Shown here: positions 23,456-35,751 of the stretch, piece after piece
Layout of the letters: the number at the start of each line of letters is the position of its first letter
Numbering within the stretch: position 1 is the stretch's first letter
Assembly (NCBI GenBank): GCA_026936335.1
Contig: JAPMXV010000026.1
Location: 62,001-126,000, forward strand
Direction: 5' to 3'
From: Mantamonas sphyraenae STR306
Taxonomy: Eukaryota > Protista > CRuMs
DNA length: 64,000 nt
Position numbers and translations under genes: made by a program
The notes under the pieces: generated by a model
Databases searched by the model: none
What the model saw: only the letters and a program-made list of their open reading frames with translations
What the model was told of the DNA's origin: nothing

Positions 23456-26400
23456 TGACGACTCCCTGAGCCAAGCCGACAGTGAATTGGATTATCATAC
23501 AAACCAGGTGTTGCGCTTCCAGCAATTGGTGTTGGACAGCGTCGACCAGCAATTGCTCAACATCGAATCGCAGCTGGGTGCGTTGGTGACTCTCCGCCGT
23601 CCATCCAACCGTTGCGCCTCTTGCTTCCCGTTCCTGCTCACACACGCACGCGCACATCCACACGCGCAGACGACAAGCATGTCGAACTCAAAGAGAGCGA
23701 AAAGGCACGCCAGGAGGTTGGCGAAGCCCTGTACAGTGCCCAGCGCGAGCTGCGAAAGATCAAGACTCTGCTGGAGAAGAGGTGCGTCTCCTTGCTGCGC
23801 TTCCTCGCTCTCTCCACACCTGCACCCGCACCATCACTCCATTGCATCCATCCTCCACGAATTTCATGACCACCCTCCACCCTATCCATGCACCATGGTG
23901 TCCACACGGGCGTCGGTTGCGTGCGTAGGGACGCGTCAAGTTGCGCGTTTGGCAGCAGCCGCAACGAATCTCGGCCCCGGTGCCCGTCCTTTGCCCGCCT
24001 GCTGACACTGCAACGGACCACACACAAACACACACACAGCAAGGATGAAATCAACGCATTGACGCGTATCAACGACCAGCTGGCCATCGAAAACACAAAG
24101 TGGGCGGAGCAGATGGACAAGGTGTTGAAGGAGAAGAAGGAGAGCGACCGCTACCTAAAAATGGCCCAGGACGACCTCGTGCGAGTGCAGGACTCGCTGC
24201 TGCAAACCCGTCAGATCAATTTGGCATACGAGAACGAAATCAAGGTGCTGAAGCGACTGCTGGAGAAGCAGAATGGCGACGCAGAACAGGCCAAAGCCAA
24301 CGAGAAACGGCGGCAGGACAACTCGACCCTGCTGAACCGCAAGCTGGCAGAGACAAAGACAGAAAACACAGCGTTGCAACAGGAGCTGTACGAGCAGAAG
24401 CAGGAGACACTTGCGGTGCAGCAGGCGCTGGACAAGATTGTGGCCGACCTGAACGACGTCTCGGCCACCAAAGAGTCCATTTTCAAGCAGTGGCAAGAGT
24501 CGTTGCAGGCCATGACGAAGCGTGACAGCGCCCTGCAGGCCACCGAAGAGGCCAGCCAGAAGCTGAAGCATGAGTTGACCATCGCACATGCGCGGGAAAA
24601 GAGTTTGCAGGAGGAGAATCTCCACCTGGACAGCGAGGTGAAGAAGCTCAACTACGACCTGACCGCACTGAAGAAGGAAAAACGCATCGCTGAAAACCAA
24701 ACTGCACGACGAGGGCCAAAAGCAGATGACCATGGAGGCGGACGTGCTGTCGTTGCAAAAGGTCAACAAGAATGCCGAGGCCGAGGTCAAGCAGCTGGAA
24801 CGGGCGAACAACACCCTGCGCGGTGAAAACAGCGATCTGACGCGACGTCTCGAGGCGGCACGCACCACGCTGAGTGAACTGGGCAAGAAGTACGATCTGT
24901 CGCAGAAGGAAGGCGAGATCTTTGAGGTGAGCATGGAACGGCACACACAAAAGATGTCCAGCGAGTACGAACGGGAGCGAAGGGACAAGAACGCACGCAT
25001 TGCCGAGCTGGAGAACCAGAACAAGATGCGGTCGATTGAGCACCGTTCGCTGGAGCAGGAGCTGCTGACGGCGACCATGGAGAACGAGGTGTTGAACAAC
25101 AACAGCAAGCGGTTGCAGGCCAAGAACGAGAAGCTGTGGAAGGAAATCTACAGTCTGACGGAGCAGGTGGTGCGCAAGGAGCATGACATCAACAAGCTGG
25201 CGGCGGCGGTGACAGAGCAACGCGAGCTGAGCATCAAACCGTTCAAGAACGCAATCGAAAAGCTGGAGCAGGAGCTGGAAACCAAGAACAGCGAGCTGAA
25301 GTACCTTCAGACGCTGTGGCTGCGCGACCAGCATCAGCTGACGCTGTCACGCGAAGCTGAGATGAAGAGCAAGGAAAAGGCGCTGCAGAGCGAGACGGAA
25401 AACGTGGTGGTCAACGGGATGGTGAACCGGGCCAACACCGATCTGAAAGCAAAGCAGAGCGAGTACGACGAGTTGTTGGTGACCAAGAACGAGATGCAAC
25501 TGCAGCTGAGCAAGTACAGCCGTGAGTTGCAGCTGCAGAAGGAGCTGAACGTGGAGATGGAGGAGCGGCTGGAAGACACGCTGGCACGCATGCAGGAGCA
25601 GGCCATCGAACACAAGGACGAGCTGAACCGTATGCGTGACAGGCTGCAGTTGGAGCGAGCAAACGTGAAGGAGTTGAAAAAGACGCGGTCCAAGAGGGAC
25701 AACAAGCACGACAAACTGGCACGGGAGCTGGAAGTGGCCAAGAGCATGCTGGAGGAGAAGCGTGTGGAGTGCCGCATGCTGGAGGAAAAGCTGAGCCACG
25801 CCAGTGTGGACAAGAGCAGTTCGGATCGCGAGTATCGCAACAGCAAAAAGGCGTTCAAGCAGTGGTCCAAGCAGTTGGAAGTGGCAGTTGGCAAGAACTT
25901 TGAGGAGCGGCGTCGCATGGTGAACGGATTCCGTGACGGCAAGCCTCGCAAAGCAAAGGCAGGCAACAACAACAGCAGCAGCAGTGCGCTGGCCATGTCC
26001 TCGGGTCGTTCAGACGCAGGGTCTGTGCGATCAAGCAGCCGTGCGAGCAGTGTGGAGCGTGTGTTGGCAGGCGACGAAGAGGTGCGCCTGGATGCATCGC
26101 TGAACCCGAGGCAGGTGTTGGGCAAGGGAGGCAAAGGGAAGGCGGGGGAGCCGGTGACAACGATGGCCACCACCACAACAATCACCAACAGCCCAACAAC
26201 CACACAACGAGTTTGGGGAGCTGGGCGAAGGCGAGGAGAGCGGCAAGCTGGTGGAGTTTTTGACGCTGAAACTGCACAAGGCCAAGTCGCATGCGGCGCA
26301 GCTGAACAACGAGAACCTGAGGTTGAAACAGGCAAACGAGCAGATCAGCAACAAGTACATTGAGATGGAGGCACAGCTGCAAGAGGTTTCGCAGCAGCGG

Positions 26401-26820
26401 ATGTTTATGCAACGGGAAATCCAGATGCTGCACTCGGACGTGATGGACCTGACGGCACGATGCATGCTGACGGAGAAGCTTTGTGCTTCGTTGGAGGTGC
26501 AGCTGAAGGAGCTGGACTCGTCGATGCCCATCAACTACGACGTGCCGGAACAGGTGGAGGCCACCCCGTTCCTACTGGCCACCTTTCAGCACCTCAAAAC
26601 GGGCAACCACAACTATTCACAGCAACGGCTCATGGAACAGCTGGAGTTTTATCGATCGGGACCACCTGCAGGCTCGTCCATTATCCCCAGCAAGCCCTCG
26701 GGCATCATGGAGGTCATGGATGGCCGAGCCAGCAGTTCGCGCAGCTCACGTGTCAGCAGCCGAGCAAGCAGCCGAGCAAGTCGTGCCAGTCGAGCCAGCA
26801 GCAGAGCGAGCAGGAAATGA
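23407..26820 (+). CDS. CCDC40-like axonemal ruler coiled-coil protein
   Basis: RQEVGEALYSAQREL, KQWQESLQAMTKRDSAL, LQTLWLRDQHQL; two 5' introns; frame breaks at the A-run 24678-24682 and at ~26040-26210. Confidence 0.65.
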
Positions 26821-26840
26821 AAACGTGCTCATGAAACCAA

Positions 26841-28234
26841 TCATTTGCTGCTGCTGGTGCCGTCACCATTGAGCACAGAGGCCAGGCGGGCACCGATGGT
26901 GAGCAGGTCATCTTCGCTCTTGGCATAGAGGAGACGGAACCATCCGGGCTCGTCGTGACTGTAGAACGAGCTGCCCGGGTTGATGTAGAGATGGGCGCTG
27001 TCGAGGATGCGTTCAAAGAGCGCCATTTCGGCGTCGACATCGTCGCCGTCCATCCATGCACGCAGGTCAATCCACACAAAGAAGCCCGCGGTGGCGGGAA
27101 GGAAGGGAATGTTGAGGGTGTCGAGCTGGGTGGTGATGGTGCTCCACGCGGCGGCAAGACGGCGGTTGTTCTCGGCGATGAGCGAGTCACGCCACTCGTG
27201 GTCACCCAAAGCGTGGACAAGCACCTCCTGCGTGTGCGATGACACCGACGTAAACAGGGTGAATGAGCTCAACACGCGCATGAGTGAGGCGTTTTGCGAG
27301 ACTCCATAGCCGACTTTGAGGCCGTTGACAGCAAAGTCTTTGGCCAAACCCGTGGCAATGTGCACGTGGGGCGTCCACGTGTCGGTGGAGTCGTATGTTT
27401 GTGCAGCCACGTCGAGCATGGACACAAACGTGGTGTCGTTGTCCCACACGCTGTTGGCGTAGATCTCGTCGCTGACGACGTGCAGTCCTGCCTCGATGCC
27501 AAACTTGAGAAAGGCTTGCATCTCGTCAAAGGAGTAGGTGTACCCCAGCGGATTGTTGGGCTGGGTGATCAGCAGCATCTTTGTCCTTGCACGCTCCTCG
27601 TCACTCATGGACTCCCAGTGTGCCTTGAGATCGTCCGCAGTGGCCACAAAGCCTTTGTCGGAGCCAGCAAACACATTTTGGAAGCCGACGCCCTGGTAGC
27701 CGACGTCCATGTCAAAGCCGCCGTAGAACGGAGCCGGAATCAACACGTCGTCGCCACGTTCACACAACGCAAAGGTCATGAGGTTGACCACGGCCCCACA
27801 GCCGGTTGCTAAGAAGACACAGATGGGAAAAGTGCAATGTGGGCAATGGATGTCAGATGGAGGGTGCACGCAAGTGAGGAGTTGGACGGAATGTCAACGA
27901 CGAACCACGTACCGGCAGCAACGTGGTCGATGGTCAGGCCAATCTTGTCGGCGTGCTCCAGGTTGCGTGTGTACAGATCGAGGAGCGCCTGTCGGAATTG
28001 GTTGGTGCCGTGGGCAGGCACATACTTCAAGTGGTCCGGAAGGATTTCCTTGGCAGCCCCCTCCTGCAACTTGGGTCCAATGAGGTCGTGGATGATTTCG
28101 TTCTCGGCGGTGCCCGCGTTGATATACCCGTCTGGGTTGCTCTTTGCATCATACGGGCTCTCTTTGCACTTGAGGAAAGCCTTGAAGAGCAGGGAGTCGC
28201 CGAGGACACTGGATGCGCGTTCGCTGATGGACAT
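26841..28234 (-). CDS. ACC-synthase-like class I/II PLP aminotransferase
   Basis: YDAKSNPDGYINAGTAEN, PAPFYGGF, TQPNNPLG, HVVSDEIYA, GLAKDFAVNGLKVG, EPGWFRLLYA; intron ~27912-27809. Confidence 0.85.
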
Positions 28235-28357
28235 GGTTGGTATGTGTGATACGTGGGATACAAGACTGGGACGAGAACAATCCAGTTGGCTTGGGTCTGG
28301 GAATGGTTTGGGTTTTGTCGACGTGCGCGAGCACAGGCACGGAAACAACAAACAACA

Positions 28358-29757
28358 ATGTGGGTTGCACGAGCGAGAGAGGGAGAGTGTGAGCGATCGA
28401 GCAAGTGAATGTTATGGAAGTACTGACTCTGTCTGCGTGTCTGTGTGGCTGCTGCTGCACACGGGTTGGTCTGGATTCGACCGGCTGGTTCGTTCACGAA
28501 AAACCAACAGGGTTCAGCGTGTTACCTACCGCCGCCGCACTTCGTACCGCACCAAGTCCAACAAGGGCCGCATGTAAGTGAAGAGGAGAGACACGGATGT
28601 CTCTGTGTGTGTGTGTGTGTGTGTCACCGGATGGGTGTGCAAGAGAGAAGGAGGAGGAGGAGGAGGAGGAGGCGTTGGGAGGAGGCAAAGCGGGAAAGGG
28701 GACGGGGTTTGCAGGCGGGCGTGTGGAGGCGGAGGGAGTCCCAGGGACAAGGATGGGCATGAAGAGATGGCACGGTGGATGGGGGAGATGATGAATGGAC
28801 ACAGGGAGGGGATTGGGATGTGTGGGAAGGGGAACGGGGCGGGAGATGGGGCTGGGGCGAAAATGCAGCGGTGGAGAATGGGAGGTAGAGAGGGCTGACA
28901 CGGGAATGGGACATCCACAGGGTCAAGACGCCCGGAGGCAAGCTGACTCTGCAGTACACGGAGAAGAAGGCATCGCCGCACAACTGCGCCGAGTGCCCGC
29001 AGGTGCTGGGAGGGGTGAGTTTTGCGAGAGGCAGGGATTTGCATGCGAGGGGAGCGGCGGAGGCGTGTGGAGGAGGGCAGAGAGGGGAAGGAGGGATGGA
29101 AAGGGATGTGCATGTGTGGAGGAGGGTGGGAAAGGATGCATGGGAGGCAGGTGCAATGAGGAAGTAGATTCCCCTTCGCAAGTAATGGGCAGGTGTGTGT
29201 GCGCGTTTGGCTCTGAAAGGCGGCTGAGCAAAGCACAGAGCAAGACCCGCTGTTGCGGATGCTGTGTGCTTGTTCAGTGGCTGGTCACGGGCACATGCTA
29301 CCGCCATTGTGGTCGAAGAAAAGTCTGTGGCCGTGTGTAAACAGCGCGCGGCCCTGAGCACGTGCCGCATTTTGCCGTGAGCAGAAGCGCAGATGGGGGA
29401 GGGGTGCGGGGGGGGGACGCAGAGGGGGGAATTGATGAGAAAGGTGGAGGTTGTTGGGGAAGGGAGGAAACTGACGCAGAATGGGAACGATGGATGTATG
29501 GACACACACACACACACACACAACGTCAACAACAGATCCCGCGCCTTCGACCCCGTCAGTACAGCCGCCTGAGCAAGCGACAGAAGACGGTGAACCGCGC
29601 GTACGGTGGCAACCTGTGCTCGACGTGCGTGCGCAACCGTGTGGTGCGTGCTTTCCTGATTGAGGAGCAGAGGATTGTCAAGGCTGTGCTCAAGGTGCAG
29701 GCTGCCAAGGCTGCCAAGAAGGCCAAGAAGACCGGCAAGAAGGGCGGCAAGAAGTGA
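28358..29757 (+). CDS. RPL34: 60S ribosomal protein L34 (eL34), copy 1
   Basis: Exons 28358-28359 (AT), 28511-28573, 28921-29014, 29536-29757: [64 protein letters not shown]. Confidence 0.95.
29152..29230 (+). ncRNA. Candidate intronic box C/D snoRNA (second copy at 40407-40487, minus strand)
   Basis: C-like ATGAGGA 29156, D box CTGA 29224, 3-bp terminal stem TGC/GCA. AGATTCCCCTT (29166-29176) is complementary to the LSU rRNA segment AAGGGGAAUCU as recalled. D' box not canonical. Confidence 0.3.
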
Positions 29758-29896
29758 GCTCTTTCTCGTCACACACAACCTGCACATTTGAATCCACACC
29801 CGCAATGAACTCTTCCAATGTTGGGACCTCTGCTCCTTTGTCTTTTTGGGGTTGGCAGGGCCAGCCAGCGCAGCGGGAGCCAGAAGAAGAGAGACG

Positions 29897-31123
29897 ATGA
29901 AGGTGCCGTCGTGCTGGCAGGCCGTGGGCATGGTGGTGGTTGCGTTGGGGATGCTGCACGTGTTTCTGAGCACATGTACAGAGACCACGCTGGAGGTACA
30001 CTGCAGTGGGGCCGCGTTCCAGGCAGACGGGGCGGGCAAAGGCAGCTGCGTGGTGCAACGTCATCTGTTGCTCTCGGCGCTGCTGCCTGGCAACGGCACC
30101 AAATGGCGTCTGATGGAACTGGGCAGCGGCAGGCTGAGTGGTACATGGAAGGCAGGTGTGCTTGTGCATGGGGTGTACGAATCGCCGACGGGGGTGCAGT
30201 ACGAGGGCGGCTTTGCAGCAATGCGCTTTCACGGCGCCGGGGTGCTGCGAAGTAGCGAAGCCACACACGCGCCACCTTTGGCGGAGAGCTGCTGGAAATT
30301 GGCACCCTGGAAGCAGAGTGGGCCCAAGGGCGCCTGGAGGAGAACAAGGCCATTCGATACACTCATCCAGTGCTGGGGGCGCAGCTGGAGGCGCAGGCCG
30401 GGGCAAACAACACGCTGGCCGGCCGTGTACACATCCGCGTGTGGGAAACAAATCACACATACACCGGACGGGTGTACAACACCCTTGTGGACGGCAACGG
30501 CTGGTTCGAGCTGCCCTGGGACGGCCAGAGTGCGCTGGGGCCGCAGCGTCAAGGCGGACGTCCGGCAAACGCCGACCGGATGCGGCTGGATGTCCATTGG
30601 CACCAGGAACGGGACGCACAGACGGGAAGCATCAAGCTGGGCAATGTGACGTGGAATGGCATGCTGTTTGACTTTGCTGGAAACGTCAATGTCAGCGACA
30701 CAGACGTGACGGCGTACCAACAGGCGCAGCGGGCACAGGCACAAGCGCCGAGCGGCCAGGGAAAGGAAGGTGCCACAGAGGGACGCAAGCCGCTGAAGGA
30801 CATGAAGCCATTGCCTCCTTTGGCGTCCATGGACGAGGTGCTGAAGCACGAAATGTTTGCACAGGAGGCAGGAAAGGGGAGAAACCAAGGGCGAGGAGGC
30901 GGAGGCGGAGCACGAGGGCAAGGCGAGAGCCAAGGCGAGCCAGGAGGAAGCAAGCAAGGAACAGGCACGACAGGCACTGCAGGACAAGGCCAAACAGAGA
31001 GAGGAATTGTTCCATTTGTGCTATGCCACCAATCGGGCGTTGATTCGCTTCCGTGCGCAGGTGCCACACAACATCCAGCTGTTACAGGACGAGCTGCAGC
31101 ACATCACTGCGCTGGCCACGTGA
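29897..31123 (+). CDS. Hypothetical MORN-like protein with N-terminal hydrophobic segment; two frame breaks
   Basis: LSGTWKAGVLVHGVY, YEGGFAAMRFHGAGVL, YTGRVYNTLVDGNG; three ORFs joined at ~30262 (CA run) and ~30876 (G run). Confidence 0.45.
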
Positions 31124-32829
31124 AACGAGTGAGAAAGTAGGAGAGGGGGAGGTCGCTGCATCACGCAGACGAGGAGGAGGGCAGAAGAGGAGGAGGAGGA
31201 CATGAAGGATGCGTACAGCGTGCCAAACTTTTCCTTGGCTTGCTCACACCAGTCCTTTTGCTCCTGGGCATTGTCGCCCAGACTGCGATAGTGATCCACC
31301 CACCATGAGACGAAGCGTTTGGCCTGTTCGGCCCATTCCTGGTGGTGTTCGTCGCATCCGTCAACCCAGCGCAACTCCTTCATGCCCTTGTTGCAGCGTG
31401 TGTGTGCCTTTTCCAACGCCTCTGTCAGCGTGCTCATGTCCGATCCCTTTACGTTCTTTCCTCGCTTGAACGGCGACCCACGGATCTTGCCAGCACGCAT
31501 GCGATCCACAATGCCACTCCACAGGATCTGCCGTGTGCGTCGTGCAATCACGTAGAAGGCCGTCTTGACCTTGAAGAGACCGATCACCTCCTGGTCTGCG
31601 TTCTGAAAGTAAATGACGGCGCCTTCGTTGTCGGTGGCCCCACGCACCTCTTCCATGCGCTCGTCCAGCTGGCCAATCGGGTACAGGTCGCACGGCACCC
31701 GCGGCAGTTTGTACGTGTCAAACAGCGCAAATGCCGCCTCTTGGTCGATGGGTACGCCGTATGCGTCAAGCACAGCCACAAACTCGGCAAAGTCCTCGTC
31801 GATGGGAAACAGATGCTCGTGGGTGGCGCTGTTGTGCTCAAACATCCACGTGTACCGGTTGTCGGCGCCCACGTTGGCCAGCTCGAGAATTTGGTCTTGC
31901 GTAAGCACGCTGTTGAGGTGGCGGTGCACCCAGTGGACAATGCGAGGCCCAGGCACAGCCTTGTCCACCTCTGGGTAGACCTCCACGGGGTCGACGCCGT
32001 TCACCCAGGCCATGGCTGTGTTCTTGGAGCCGGCAAACCAGATGAGGTGGTCAAACACGCGATGAACGGCCATTTTGGCGTTCTCGCCGTTGCTTTTCTT
32101 GGTGACAGCAAAGGTGACGGCGTCGTCCTTTGTGTTGGAGCCGAAAAAGAAGGAGTCGTGTGCATCTGCGGCGCCGGACTGTTCGTCTTCGTCGCCTGCG
32201 TTGAAGCCTGTGAACTTGCGGAAGCCACGGACGACAACCACCTGTTTCTTGCCACTCTGGGTGTCCTCAAACGTAAAGTGGTGGTAGCCACGAGGCACAT
32301 AGTTGCGGCACAGGGCCGAAATGGTGTAGAGACCGTCGTCCGAGACCCCTTTGGCCACGTCTGCATACTTGCTGCCCGTCTTGCCACGCAACCATGAGCG
32401 CAAACGATTGATGTTGAGCATACCACGCACCTGAGTGCCTGTAATGCCTGCAGGAAGCGCTGCGGAGGGCACTTCGGTACGGGACACCTTGACAAACTCG
32501 TGGCGTTCGATGATCTCCAACACAGCAGCCTCGCGTGCCTCCCAGTCCCCATTGCCCTCTGCCTCTTCGGCAGCCTTGACCCATTTGGCCAGTCCGCGCT
32601 CAATGGGCAGCAGCTCGATGGAAACGCCGTTTTCTGATGACGACGACGACGAGGCGCCGGCCTGCTCCTCCTCGTCCTTCTCCAGCGCAGCCTGTTCGGC
32701 GTGAAAGTCAAACTCTTCGGAATCTAATGGGATGTGAGTGTGCGGAGAGCACATGGCGGGGCGGGATGGGGCAGCCTGTCATGTCATGTGTCGCTTACTC
32801 TTGCTGCCAGCCTTGCTCTTTGTGGACAT
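31021..32829 (-). CDS. Stand-alone ATP-dependent RNA ligase-like nucleotidyltransferase (Trl1/Rnl1 type)
   Basis: RGFRKF, motif I KSNG, Ia GSKN, III TWMFE, IV EGAVI, V LFKVK; exon 1 32829-32799, intron 32798-32724; true 3' end uncertain. Confidence 0.7.
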
Positions 32830-32965
32830 TGTGTGTTGCGTGTTTTCCGATGGGCTGTGCCGCGCATGTGGGTCCTCGTTCTGGAATGACTTTTGCCACC
32901 GTTCACGGACGGGCATCAAGACGGATGGAAGCAATGGAGCAGACAAGCATGGGAAAGCAAGAGGT

Positions 32966-33736
32966 TCAATAGATTCCGCCGCCTTCGTTGCGGTACACAC
33001 TGACAGCCTCCTGTGGTGGGGTGGGGTGATGGGAATGGGGCAAGGTGGAACAGCGGTACACGGGTTGGAGAACGAGCCCAGGGGTTGGGTTGACAGGGTT
33101 GACATACGAGAGAGAGAGAGGGGGGTGGAAGTGTTTGTCAGCAACTTTGTACGCCGCAAGCATAAAAACACAGACTCTGCACAGCCACGCTTACACTAAA
33201 GTTCTTGCGGAGGAGGTCAGTTTCAAACTTGAGGTCGCCGAGGCAGTCGAGGAGGACTTCCTCGGGTGTTTTTGTGTCGGTGGTCTGGATCTTCAAGACA
33301 ATCGTATGCTCGTACGGGTGCGGGTTCTTGTATCCGGCAAACAGCACGTCGGGATAATTTAGGAGCTGCCTGTGGACGAGCGGTGCGTGTGGGTGTGGGC
33401 ACGCATGGGTGTCAGCCTGTGGCTGCAGGTGTGGAATTCTCCTCGCGCTGCCTCCGTCGCTCACGTACATGCGCAGCAGGTTGCCGATGGTGTGATCCTC
33501 CAGCCGAATGGTAAAAGTGCCTGCGTTCGGGATCTTGGTGTCCTTCTCATACTCCACTCTGTGTGTGCATGGTGTCCATGTGTGCGTGTGTGTGAGCGTC
33601 ACGGCAGCAAAGCGCCAAAACGCATCGCGAGTCTCTCTCGAGCACACACGGGGCCGCGTTTTGGGCCAACGTACTTTGCCTGCGCGTCCGGCAGATGGAT
33701 CAGCTCGAAGCGCTCGGGCAAGTTTGTCCTGTGCAT
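32966..33736 (-). CDS. RPB11: RNA polymerase II subunit RPB11
   Basis: NLPERFEL..KDTKIPNAGTFTIRLEDHTIGNLLRM|QLLNYPDVLFAGYKNPHP; three introns. Confidence 0.95.
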
Positions 33737-33858
33737 GGTCGTACGGCGTATGGACGTCGTGTGATGTGTGAGTGTGTGGGAGGAAACGTCGACAAGAGGG
33801 GCAAGCGCTTCTTCGTACATTCTTCGTTCTGTGTGTTGCATCCACACGCGCAACGCTC

Positions 33859-33977
33859 TCATCCCACACGTTGCCTCTTTGACTGACGACGCAGCCCATA
33901 CGGGTGCGAGCCATCCTCATCGTCGTCCTCATTGTCGTCATCTTCACCCTCGTCGTCCTCTTCCTCCTCTTCCTCCT

Positions 33978-34008
<31 letters not shown>

Positions 34009-34818
34009 CTCATCCTCGTACCCGCGCGGGCGTTTGCGCTGAGCCCGCTCCTCCTCGTCCTCGTCCTCGTCCTCCTCTTCTTCGTTCTTGCTCTCATTGT
34101 CGCCGTCGTCGCCGGGTGTGGAAGGACTGCCGTCGTCGACAAACACCCTGTAGGGCCTCCTGCTTGGCACACGAATCCTGCCTGTGCTCTCCACGGGCTT
34201 CACCAGCGCAGTGCCCGGACGCGCCATACACGAGAGGCCGTCTTTCGACGACTCATCGACCCTCCAGAAGCCATCGATGTCCACTGCGTTTGGGTTCATG
34301 GGCGACACAAGACACGCGCAGAAGCCCAGGGCGGGAAGGTACTCCATGCAGAAGCGGCCAAAGTCCTCCTGAGAGTGGATGTGCAACACGTATGCCACTT
34401 CATCCTTGTTTCGCATGATGACGCCCGAGTGGCCGTCGTTGTCCAGGTTGACCAGGTCCGGAACGGCCGTGTCGCTGAGCACCGAGCGCTTTTTGCGGTC
34501 GTCCTTTTGCAGCATCTCCTCCTGGTAGGCGAGGGTGAGAAGAACCGCACGCGCCAGTCCAGCCCACGACGACGCCATTTCGATCACTTGCGTCGTGCTC
34601 ATGCTGGAGTCGTTTGTTTCCGACACGTGTGTGTGGTTCAACCGAATTGTAGCCCGCAGCGTCGTTGTTTGCCCGTGCACCACTGCGTATTCCATCGCCG
34701 CCTCCGGTGCAGGAGGCAGTGAGTTGCCAAACGGGCGTCTTCGTACGGATGTGTACGGCTGCTGGCCCGCAGGCAACTGCACCGGGTCCAGTCTGCCTTG
34801 CCACAATACTTGCGACAT
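33859..34818 (-). CDS. Hypothetical protein with acidic C-terminus
   Basis: 319-aa ORF, globular-looking N-terminus, poly-E/D tail with basic NLS-like motifs. Confidence 0.5.
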
Positions 34819-34968
34819 TGTCTCCTCGTTTCGTTTCGTTTGCGTTTGTTGCTGATTGATCAGCCGGGGAAATGCAGACGTGCTAATATGCTAATAAAGA
34901 TAAAGTACAATGGAGGTGGACGTCGCAACACACACGCACACACACACTCTCCTCTCGGGTTTCCGCTG

Positions 34969-35751
34969 CTACCCCTTGCGCAATCGGAACCCGCGCCGCT
35001 TCCGTGGAGACATGTGCTGCACATGCGCAAACACTTCTGCCACCTCTTTGGCACTTTTGACCCCAAAGCCTTCCACCTTGCGGATTTGCTCTTCAGTGGC
35101 ACCAGACAACGTGCTGATGGTGCGAAAGTGCCGCAGCAACGCCACAGCTCGTTTCTGGTTGAGCTTGGGGCACAAGGAACGCACCATGCGCACCATGCTC
35201 GCGTCTGTGTTTGTTGTGCGAGGCATCATCCTTTCGGGCGACTTGCCTTTGCGGTTGGCCACCTTGACCACGGTTTGCAACATCTCTCCAGCTTCGCGCA
35301 CATTGCTCACCGCCGCACACTTGAGTCCAAAGCCCAGGGCGTGGTTTTGCAACCGATAGAACGACTTGGAGCTCTGTTTGGGGCGCACAAACAGACAGAG
35401 AACACGCTCAAAGCGCGACGCCTGCTCAAAGCGCGCGTCGAACGACGAAAGCTCCTTGCTCTGTGCCACCTCGTCCACAATCAACACGCCCACCCTACTG
35501 CCCACTTGTGCATCCAACGGTGGGATCTCCGCACACATATACTCTGCACACAAGCAGACGACCAGAAAGTGTGTCAGCGCCCTGGCTTCCGATTCTCGGG
35601 AACCGCTTGATCACTCAGCTCACTCACCGCCGGCGAATTTGCCCAGCAGTTTGGCCATGGCTCTGCTCAATATCAACGTGTGCTTATTGCTGGACGACGA
35701 CGACGATGACGATGACGAGGAGGATGTGCTTTGCGGTGTGCGTCTGCTCAT
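34969..35751 (-). CDS. FAAP24/ERCC1-like protein (degenerate ERCC4 + tandem HhH)
   Basis: CPKLNQKRAVALLRHFRTISTLSGATEEQIRKVEGFGVKSAKEV (HhH2); one 5' intron. Start at 35751 or 35658. Confidence 0.55.

Larger units (their letters stand above)
28309..29757 (+). repeat. Inverted repeat, left arm (RPL34 gene with 5' flank and introns)
   Basis: Near-identical to the reverse complement of 39890-41322; differs by a few SNPs and microsatellite lengths. Confidence 0.95.

Noticed and set aside
29315-29395. RNase P/MRP or hammerhead RNA (GAAAAGTCTG, CTGAG)
   Set aside because: Far too short for RNase P/MRP and lacks the other conserved regions; no CUGANGA/GAAA hammerhead core.
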